This document shows positions 8,596 through 14,717 of a stretch of 14,717 nucleotides of DNA, piece by piece. The translations under genes were made by a program, and so were the position numbers. A model generated the notes under the pieces. That model searched no databases and had not been told where the DNA came from. It saw nothing but the letters and a program-made list of their open reading frames with translations. The stretch's first letter is position 1, and the number at the start of each line of letters is the position of its first letter. Origin of the DNA: Abditibacteriaceae bacterium (GTDB lineage Bacteria; Armatimonadota; Abditibacteriia; Abditibacteriales; Abditibacteriaceae); contig JANPJS010000202.1 in assembly GCA_031425655.1 (NCBI GenBank), positions 1-14,717 on the forward strand. The letters are read 5' to 3'.

Positions 8596-8634
8596 AAAAA
8601 AGGCCATCTTCCCATGTTGCGGGAAGATGGCCTT
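8596..8634 (-). terminator. Intrinsic terminator downstream of tRNA-fMet
   Basis: 14-bp stem AAGGCCATCTTCCC / GGGAAGATGGCCTT whose 3' end runs into a T6 tract on the - strand, 5 nt past the tRNA 3' end. Confidence 0.85.
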
Positions 8635-8639
8635 ATCAA

Positions 8640-8713
8640 TTGCGGGGACAGGATTCGAACCTGCGACCTCAAGGTTATGAGCCTTGCGAGCTACCGGGCT
8701 GCTCCACCCCGCG
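8640..8713 (-). tRNA. Initiator tRNA-fMet (CAT)
   Basis: CGCGGGGTGGAGCAGCCCGGTAGCTCGCAAGGCTCATAACCTTGAGGTCGCAGGTTCGAATCCTGTCCCCGCAA folds as a cloverleaf with a CAT anticodon and the C1xA72 mismatch typical of bacterial initiator tRNAs. CCA is not encoded. Confidence 0.96.
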
Positions 8714-8723
8714 ATATGAATTG

Positions 8724-8752
8724 ACTTTACCGCATTCGAGCGATGAAGTCAA
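8724..8752 (-). promoter_or_regulatory. Sigma70 promoter of tRNA-fMet
   Basis: TTGACT (8752-8747), 17-nt spacer, TAAAGT (8729-8724), ending 10 nt upstream of the tRNA 5' end. Confidence 0.7.
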
Positions 8753-8883
8753 ATGAATTCTCCGGTTTTCAGAATCCGCTCTCAATCACGATTATCATTT
8801 CGGCCAAAAAACGCTTGCTTTAAAACCGCATTAACGCAGAATGCGTCCGGCGCAACATTTAGAACAAGTAGCGCCGCCTGCGT

Positions 8884-9732
8884 TTACCACGGCTCCGCGC
8901 CCAACAATTTGCGGCCCAGAGGCGACAATTCGGCGGCGGGATATTTGGTTTCGCGGCCTCGATACAATTCGGGGATTTCATTTTCCCAACCGTCCGGCGC
9001 TTGCTTTTTCTGAAAACAGTCAACGCGCGATTGGCGATATTCTTCGTTGTCATTCGCTGGAAACATTGTGATATATTGCGCCAAACGAGGCCGCGCGCCT
9101 TCGTTGCGTCCGTTGCCGTGCGCGAGAAATCGGTTCCAGATCAACAAATCGCCGGCTTTCATGGGAATCGGCGTGACTTGGAAGCCTTCGGGCAAACGCG
9201 ATAAATTCGGTTTGCGCGGATTGCGATCTGACGGCTGCTCCTCAATCCACTGCGCGAGATTTTTGTGGAAGCCGGGCACGCAGCAGAAGCCGCCCATATT
9301 TTCGTGGGTATCGGTCAAAGCCAGCACACCTTGAACGAAAAGTGGGCCGTCCAGCGGCTTGGAAGTGTCGGCATCCCAATGCACGAAGCCGCGATCCTCG
9401 TATTCGGGAAACTTGGGATTGACGGGCGGCTTCATGCCGGCTCTGTCCATCGAAACCCACAGCTTTTCGTTTGCCAGCAAATCGGCAAAAGCGCCGTAAA
9501 CACGCGGATGCTGGCGATTGGCCCACAGCGCCGGATGCTGATGCAAATGCACAATCGCGTGGTTGCCCCGCCGCGCATCATACCAACTTTCCGGCGCGTC
9601 CCGTTTCATATCTAAAAAGTCGAAAATCGCCGCGATAACGGCGTCGAGATTGGGCTGCGGCACGGCGTTCGGCACCACGAGGTAGCCGTTGTCATCGAAA
9701 AATTGCACATCGCCGGGGCTGAGGATTTTCAT
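8884..9732 (-). CDS. Phytanoyl-CoA dioxygenase (PhyH)-family 2OG/Fe(II) dioxygenase
   Basis: N-terminal FFDDNGYLVVPNAV, HxD facial-triad motif (HWD), ALTD...GGFCCVPGFH, KAGDLLIW...LAHGNG...R. Confidence 0.88.
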   Translation of the reverse strand: MKILSPGDVQFFDDNGYLVVPNAVPQPNLDAVIAAIFDFLDMKRDAPESWYDARRGNHAIVHLHQHPALWANRQHPRVYGAFADLLANEKLWVSMDRAGMKPPVNPKFPEYEDRGFVHWDADTSKPLDGPLFVQGVLALTDTHENMGGFCCVPGFHKNLAQWIEEQPSDRNPRKPNLSRLPEGFQVTPIPMKAGDLLIWNRFLAHGNGRNEGARPRLAQYITMFPANDNEEYRQSRVDCFQKKQAPDGWENEIPELYRGRETKYPAAELSPLGRKLLGAEPW

Positions 9733-9744
9733 GGTTTTTGATTT

Positions 9745-9824
9745 AACACAAAGGGCACCAAGATTTCACAAAGAACACGGAGCTATTTCTGTGTTCTTTG
9801 TGAAATCTTGGTGCCCTTTGTGTT
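9745..9824. repeat. Perfect 34-bp inverted repeat built of CAC(A/C)AAG subunits
   Basis: AACACAAAGGGCACCAAGATTTCACAAAGAACAC (9745-9778) pairs exactly with 9791-9824, with a 12-nt centre. Confidence 0.9.
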
Positions 9825-9830
9825 GAAGAC

Positions 9831-10577
9831 TTAAAAGATCGCGCGCAAAACGTCGTGCGCGGCGCGGTTGGACAAATCAACGTGCAGCGGCGTGACTGCG
9901 ATAAAATTGTTCTTCACGGCCCAAATATCAGTTTCGCCTTCGTCGGGCCGGTCTATGACTTCGCCGCCGCGCCAATAATAAACGCCGATATGCGGCGCTT
10001 CAAAGCGCGCGATGTCGCCTTTATAACGGCGACTGCCCTGCGTGGTCAAGCGCACGCCGGCAATTTCTTCGGGTGCGAGGTTGGGCACGTTGACGTTCAC
10101 GAAGGTGTCGGGCGGCAAGTCCAGACCCGGCAGTTGTGGCGCGAAGCGGGCGCAAAATTGCGCTGCCGCGTCCCAGCGCGGATTTTCGTAATCGGCAAGC
10201 GAAATCGAAAAGCTCGGCACGCCATTGAGCAAACCTTCCATCGCGCCGGCCACCGTTCCCGAATAATGCACATCGTCACCCAAATTCGGCCCCAGATTGA
10301 TGCCGCTGACCACCACGTCGGGCGGCGTATCCATGAGTTGTAAAATCGCAAGGGGCACGCAGTCGGCGGGAAGTCCGCTGCACGCCCACGCTTTGCCGTC
10401 GAGCGTAGTCACTTCTTTGGCGCGAAGCGGCTCGTGCATGGTAATTCCGTGTCCACACGCGCTGCGCTGCTTGTCGGGCACGCACACAAAAACTTCGCCG
10501 ACGGTTTTCAAAGCTCGCCACGCCGCGTGCAGACCATCGGCGTGAATTCCGTCATCGTTGGTCAATAAAATTCGCAT
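9831..10577 (-). CDS. surE: 5'/3'-nucleotidase SurE, about 248 aa
   Basis: Motifs MRILLTNDDG, G(L)PADCV, VVSGINLGPNLG, YSGTVAGAMEG, NVNVP, VTPL. Start moved to the conserved MRILL ATG. Confidence 0.96.
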   Translation of the reverse strand: MRILLTNDDGIHADGLHAAWRALKTVGEVFVCVPDKQRSACGHGITMHEPLRAKEVTTLDGKAWACSGLPADCVPLAILQLMDTPPDVVVSGINLGPNLGDDVHYSGTVAGAMEGLLNGVPSFSISLADYENPRWDAAAQFCARFAPQLPGLDLPPDTFVNVNVPNLAPEEIAGVRLTTQGSRRYKGDIARFEAPHIGVYYWRGGEVIDRPDEGETDIWAVKNNFIAVTPLHVDLSNRAAHDVLRAIF

Positions 10578-10625
10578 CTGAAGTCGGTTTAACAGAAATA
10601 AGTGAAAGAAGCCGGGAGAAACACA

Positions 10626-10661
10626 ACAAACCTCCACCACAGAGTCGTGGCGGAGGCTTGC
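10626..10661 (-). terminator. Terminator-like hairpin after the phoX-like gene
   Basis: On the - strand, GCAAGCCTCCGCCAC-gactct-GTGGTGGAGGTTTGT (includes G-U pairs), followed by TGTGTTT. Confidence 0.55.
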
Positions 10662-10680
10662 GATTCAAAATACGAGGCGA

Positions 10681-12102
10681 TTAATCGCTCAGTTTCATGG
10701 CTAAAAGTTGGCCGTCTTCGACCAATTCGCCATCGGCCACAGCGTAGTGCGCTTGCACGTTGAACAGCCACCAACCGCTGCCCAAAATCGTGCCCGCATC
10801 AATAATACCGCTGGTTTCCCACTTGCCGGGCGTGAAAGCCGGGTCTTTGGTCAGGGCCAGTTCGGTTTTAATTTCCACCAGACGAGTCAATTTGGCGGTG
10901 CGAAGATCGTAGCGCCAAATGCTGGCATCGCGGCCTGTCAGCGTGTAAGTCGGGTCTTCCTGAATCAACAGTTGAGAATTCCGATTGATGTCAATGTTGT
11001 CGGGGCTGACGATGCCTTCGCTGCCGTCGAGCAGCATGGTGATGGTTCCACCAAGCTCCGGGTTCAAGCGGTCACGAAAGCGCAAGCGATAAAGGCGGCC
11101 ATTTTTGTTGAAAGTGGAAGCCGGGCTGCCGGTCGTCACGAAGTAAAAATCACCGGGATGCAGAGGATCGGAGGCGCCGTCTTCAATGCGGATAAAGCCC
11201 GTCGCGCCTTTGGCGTCGGCTTCGGCTTCAAGCCCGGCTTCGTCCTGATTCCAGTTCACTGGCATCACGCTGAAATCCTGCGTTTTATTTTTGCGGAACG
11301 ACTCTTCGGTGGGCACGCAATGCACTTTGACCGCGTGAAGTTTGCCGTTATTCAGCCCGTTTTTATCCACCCAACTGCTGGCGCCCGAATCCTTGCGGCC
11401 CACGTAAATATAAAGCTGGCTTTCGGGCGTGCTGGGGCCATCTTCCAAGCCGATAATAACGGTTTTTTGCGAGGTGTGCGGAATGACGACCTGATTCTCT
11501 TTGGCATAACGGCCCATGCGCGGCAACGCATAAGCGACGAAATTGGAAAGCGCAAACGACTGTCCGCCTTTGCCGTCCAGAGTGTCCACGCCGCCGGATT
11601 CTTCGCCCGTCAGAAAAATGTCGCGGTCGAAACCCGACGACGCGCGGCGTGCCAGATAAGCCGAACACAAGCGGCCAAAGCGACCATTAACCAGCAAGTT
11701 ATATTCGCTGGTTTCTTCATTGAAATCCCAGACCCTGCGAATCGCATCGCGGCCAAAATTGGCTTCGAGAGGAACGTCGCTGGGCGTGCCGGTGCCGTTA
11801 GCGAAGTCGTTAAAATTCCACTCCGATACGAAGGCGCCCGTTCCGCCGTGAGCATGAACTTTTCCCTGCGACTGGCGAAATTCATGGTTGATAAAAATGC
11901 TGAACGTGCCGTCGTCTTTGCGCCACGCTCCCATGCCATCAGGAATACCGGCGAACCGGTAATTTCCGCCATCGCCCACGTTCAACAGCGGACGAATTTC
12001 TTCAACACTGGACGAAACCGCGCGCACGTAAGCCTGTTTCGGCGCTGCGTGCGCCGCGCCCGCAACCGCACACAAAGCCGCCACCATCAATTTGTTCTTC
12101 AT
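10681..12102 (-). CDS. Secreted PhoX/DUF839-family alkaline phosphatase-like beta-propeller protein
   Basis: Signal peptide MKNKLMVAALCAVAGAAHA. Motifs PDGMG, NHE, RLCS, TGEE, MGRYAKEN, RIEDG, PDNI, IQED, ETSG and NVQAH match the PhoX-type metal-ligand pattern. RBS GGGAG upstream. Confidence 0.75.
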   Translation of the reverse strand: MKNKLMVAALCAVAGAAHAAPKQAYVRAVSSSVEEIRPLLNVGDGGNYRFAGIPDGMGAWRKDDGTFSIFINHEFRQSQGKVHAHGGTGAFVSEWNFNDFANGTGTPSDVPLEANFGRDAIRRVWDFNEETSEYNLLVNGRFGRLCSAYLARRASSGFDRDIFLTGEESGGVDTLDGKGGQSFALSNFVAYALPRMGRYAKENQVVIPHTSQKTVIIGLEDGPSTPESQLYIYVGRKDSGASSWVDKNGLNNGKLHAVKVHCVPTEESFRKNKTQDFSVMPVNWNQDEAGLEAEADAKGATGFIRIEDGASDPLHPGDFYFVTTGSPASTFNKNGRLYRLRFRDRLNPELGGTITMLLDGSEGIVSPDNIDINRNSQLLIQEDPTYTLTGRDASIWRYDLRTAKLTRLVEIKTELALTKDPAFTPGKWETSGIIDAGTILGSGWWLFNVQAHYAVADGELVEDGQLLAMKLSD

Positions 12103-12148
12103 TTTGAACTCCCAAAAGGTTTTTCCTTCGAGAATTCATTGTGAAAGC

Positions 12149-12192
12149 GGCAAATTAAGAGCAAATTAGGCAGAGATTAATGAAGCAGTAAG
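12149..12192 (-). promoter_or_regulatory. Pho-box-like array of four 11-bp direct repeats
   Basis: On the - strand: CTTACTGCTTC ATTAATCTCTG CCTAATTTGCT CTTAATTTGCC, followed by a candidate -10 CACAAT (12143-12138). Confidence 0.65.
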
Positions 12193-12302
12193 ATTTTGGG
12201 CGCATCGTGCGTGTGCTCGTATTGAGCAGGCACCGGCAGGCCGGCAGCTTGCGTTCAACGACTCGCTTTAATCTGGGATTCGCAAAGTCGTTTTCAGAAA
12301 CC

Positions 12303-12331
12303 AAAAAGCCTCGCCGAATGGCGAGGCTTTT
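12303..12331. terminator. Intrinsic terminator downstream of serA (bidirectional form)
   Basis: AAAAA-GCCTCGCC-gaat-GGCGAGGC-TTTT. Confidence 0.85.
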
Positions 12332-12359
12332 CTCGAAACGAAGGCAAAATTCCCAATTT

Positions 12360-13952
12360 TTAGCGCAAATCTACTTGCCGTGCGCCGAATAAATCGGGTT
12401 GCGCATCGAGTTCGGCGATAACTTCAGGCGACACCGGCTCTTCGAGCGTGAGAACCATCACGGCGCGTTCGCCGACGGCGGTGCGCCCGACTTGCATTCC
12501 GCCGATGTTGACGCCGGCTTTGCCCAAAATGGTGCCGACACGGCCAATCATACCCGGCTTGTCGGTGTTGGGCAGCATAAGCAGCGTGCCTTCGGGCCGC
12601 ACGTCCACGCGTAAGCCTTGAATCCGCACGATGGCCGCGTCTTTGTCGTTGAAAATCGTGGCGTCAATCTGGCGCGTGCGTTGATGTCCGTCGTCGTTGC
12701 GCGTCACCAAAGTTTCGACGAGATTGGCGTAATCTTCCGATTGATCGCACTTCACTTCGGTGACGGTCACGCCGCGTTGGTGCGCTAAAGTCGGCGCGTT
12801 GACGTAAGTAACCGGCTGGTCGAATGAGCTTTGCAGCAAGCCTTTTAAAAACACGCGCGTCAGCACACCGGTGTCGAAGGCGCTGATTTCGCCGCAGTAT
12901 TTGATCTCGATGCTTTCCAGTCGCCCGTCGGCCAAAGCCGCCTGAATCTTGCCCAATTTTTCCATGAGCGGCAAAAACGGCGCGATAAATTGGCGGCTTT
13001 CGGGCGGCAGTGCCGGCAGATTCACTGCCGACTGCGGCGGATTGCCCGCGAAAACTTCGACCATTTGTCGCGCGACATCAAGCGCCACTTCGCTTTGCGC
13101 TTCTTCAGTCGAAGCACCCAAATGCGGTGTCAAAACCACGTTTGGCAGCTCGCCCAGAGCCAGTTTTTGTGGCGGCTCCTGCTCGAAAACGTCAAGGCCC
13201 GCGCCGCCCAATTTGCCGCTTTTCAAAGCGTCGTAAAGCGCGCTTTCGTCCACGATGCCGCCGCGCGAGCAATTAATCAAAACCGCGCCGTCTTTCATGC
13301 GCGCGATGCGCTCGGCGTTGAAAAGATGCCTGGTATCTTTGGTCAGCGGCGTGTGAATCGTCACGAAATCGGCGCGGGCCAAAATTTCATCAATCGAAAG
13401 GGCTTCGATATTCAAATCTTTGGCGCGCTGCGTAGTTAAAAACGGATCGTAGCCGACAACGTGCATTCCGAAGCTCTGCGCCCGCTTCGTCACTTCGACG
13501 CCGATGCGTCCGACACCAATAACGCCAAGCGTCTTGCCTAATAATTGCGTGCCCATCAATTTCGAGCGTTTCCATTCGCCCGCCGCCATGCTCGTCGTGG
13601 CCGGAACCACGTTGCGCACCAGCGCCAGCATCATGCCTATCACCAATTCGGCGACCGCGATGGTGTTGCCGCCCGGCGAATTAACCACGATCACGCCGCG
13701 CTCGGTCGCGGCTTCGACATCAATGTTATCCACGCCCACACCGGCGCGTCCGATGATTTGCAGCTTGGTCGCGGCTTCCATGACGGGCCGCGTGATTTTG
13801 GTGGCCGAACGCACCATAAAACCGTCGTAATCGCCCGCGATGGCGACCAATTCCGCTTCTTTGAGGCCGGTTTTCACGTCTACTTCGGCAACCGCGCGCA
13901 GAATCTTCAATCCGTCTTCGGCGATGGCGTCGCACACTAAAACTTTGGGCAT
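12360..13952 (-). CDS. serA: D-3-phosphoglycerate dehydrogenase (long form with ASB and ACT domains)
   Basis: GRAGVGVDNID, Rossmann motif GVIGVGRIG, INCSRGG, DVFEQEP, TPHLGASTEEAQ and a C-terminal ACT domain (DKPGMIGRVGTILGKAGVNI). Confidence 0.97.
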   Translation of the reverse strand: MPKVLVCDAIAEDGLKILRAVAEVDVKTGLKEAELVAIAGDYDGFMVRSATKITRPVMEAATKLQIIGRAGVGVDNIDVEAATERGVIVVNSPGGNTIAVAELVIGMMLALVRNVVPATTSMAAGEWKRSKLMGTQLLGKTLGVIGVGRIGVEVTKRAQSFGMHVVGYDPFLTTQRAKDLNIEALSIDEILARADFVTIHTPLTKDTRHLFNAERIARMKDGAVLINCSRGGIVDESALYDALKSGKLGGAGLDVFEQEPPQKLALGELPNVVLTPHLGASTEEAQSEVALDVARQMVEVFAGNPPQSAVNLPALPPESRQFIAPFLPLMEKLGKIQAALADGRLESIEIKYCGEISAFDTGVLTRVFLKGLLQSSFDQPVTYVNAPTLAHQRGVTVTEVKCDQSEDYANLVETLVTRNDDGHQRTRQIDATIFNDKDAAIVRIQGLRVDVRPEGTLLMLPNTDKPGMIGRVGTILGKAGVNIGGMQVGRTAVGERAVMVLTLEEPVSPEVIAELDAQPDLFGARQVDLR

Positions 13953-13970
13953 AATCGAACAGTTTCCCGC

Positions 13971-13995
13971 TTGTGAATTTCGTCACAGTGTAGCA
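13971..13995 (-). promoter_or_regulatory. serA extended -10 with an adjoining CRP/Rex-type palindromic operator
   Basis: TGcTACACT at 13995-13987 (- strand). TGTGA-atttcg-TCACA at 13972-13987. Confidence 0.65.
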
Positions 13996-14024
13996 ATGTG
14001 CAGAAATGGCGAAAACGACTTGTT

Positions 14025-14564
14025 TCAACTGGCGGAAAAAGGTTCGGCTTTTTGACACAGATTTAAGAAGGTATTCTCATCCATACCCAATTCTTGAGCC
14101 ACGTCATAACCAAAGTCACGCGAAAAATAAAAACCCGGCGGGAGCGGCGGATTTTTATTCAACTTATGATTTCGCAGGAATTGTTGGGCCGGAAGATAAT
14201 CGCGTTCTTCGAGCCACTCTAAAATCAAACCGGCTAATTTTGCATTGCGGGATCGAGTTATCCAAAAACCGCCGAGTTTGCTGGCCCGCTCACGAATTTC
14301 CCGCATCGCTTGAAAATGAGCTTTATTATCTTCGTAATAACTCGGTGTCCAATCGCCGGGTTTGCCATTATTCAGTTTGCTTTCGTCGTAATAACCCAGT
14401 GTCCAATCGCCGAGTTTGCGTAACAGATGCCATGCCCGTCGCGTTTCCTTTTCGTGTTCTGCAATCCACGAATTGGCCTCATCCTGTCCATAGTTGCAAG
14501 CTTGTCTGGCTTCGTCAAAACGCTCATTTACCCAGAACAGATGAAATATCCATTCGCTCAACAT
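14025..14564 (-). CDS. Hypothetical protein (179 aa), AT-richer, probably a 5'-truncated remnant
   Basis: Open frame with protein-like composition and an in-frame internal duplication. The frame stays open upstream to 14585, at the putative IS end. Confidence 0.6.
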   Translation of the reverse strand: MLSEWIFHLFWVNERFDEARQACNYGQDEANSWIAEHEKETRRAWHLLRKLGDWTLGYYDESKLNNGKPGDWTPSYYEDNKAHFQAMREIRERASKLGGFWITRSRNAKLAGLILEWLEERDYLPAQQFLRNHKLNKNPPLPPGFYFSRDFGYDVAQELGMDENTFLNLCQKAEPFSAS

Positions 14565-14583
14565 TACACGCTCTTTAATATTA

Positions 14584-14717
14584 ACTCATCTTACGCGGTT
14601 GGCTTGTGGTAGCGAAACTGAAGAGCTGATGACCAAGCACAACTTACGCCTGCTCGACCTTTACACGGATTACCTGTTGTCGTCCTTCGGGGCCACCACC
14701 GCGACCGGATTATCGCG
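14584..14717 (+). mobile_element. Left end of an IS701-family-like insertion sequence (partial)
   Basis: Putative terminal repeat ACTCATCTTACGC next to TTAA, followed by a transposase-like ORF start. The boundary is uncertain by 1-3 nt. Confidence 0.65.
14629..14717 (+). CDS. IS701-family transposase, N-terminal fragment
   Basis: MTKHNLRLLDLYTDYLLSSFGATTATGLS... resembles the DLY(T/S)DYLxSSFGxTTATGLS N-terminus I recall for IS701-family transposases. Only 29 codons are visible. Confidence 0.75.
   Translation, partial: MTKHNLRLLDLYTDYLLSSFGATTATGLS

Noticed and set aside
1416..9824. Repeats as CRISPR arrays or integron attC sites
   Set aside because: No regularly spaced direct repeats with unique spacers, no cas or integrase genes, and the palindromes lack attC-type ends and extrahelical bases.
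10708..12144. 478-aa + strand ORF
   Set aside because: Antisense shadow of the phoX-like gene.
12193..12302. Possible riboswitch or ncRNA upstream of the phoX-like gene
   Set aside because: No riboswitch consensus recognised, and the region lies upstream of the predicted promoter.
14006..14578. 190-aa + strand ORF with NNSVSNRRVC-like repeats
   Set aside because: Mirror of the - strand ORF. The - strand frame has a more protein-like composition, though the + frame cannot be fully excluded.

Overview
GC-rich bacterial chromosomal segment, mostly housekeeping genes. It contains glnE (+, reading frame open to the left edge) and, on the - strand, a fused type IIG restriction-modification gene, ilvD, initiator tRNA-fMet, a PhyH-like 2OG/Fe(II) dioxygenase, surE, a secreted PhoX/DUF839-like phosphatase, serA and an AT-richer orphan ORF. 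The start of an IS701-family-like transposase lies at the right edge. The non-coding DNA is unusually structured. There are four sequence-unrelated long palindromic elements: one in-frame inside glnE, two bracketing the R-M gene and one between surE and phyH. Other signals are an 11-bp-periodic Pho-box-like array upstream of the phosphatase, a perfect TGTGA-N6-TCACA operator on the serA promoter, and a hidden 76-codon membrane-protein frame broken by a single TGA. All calls come from motif recognition by eye; no searches were run.
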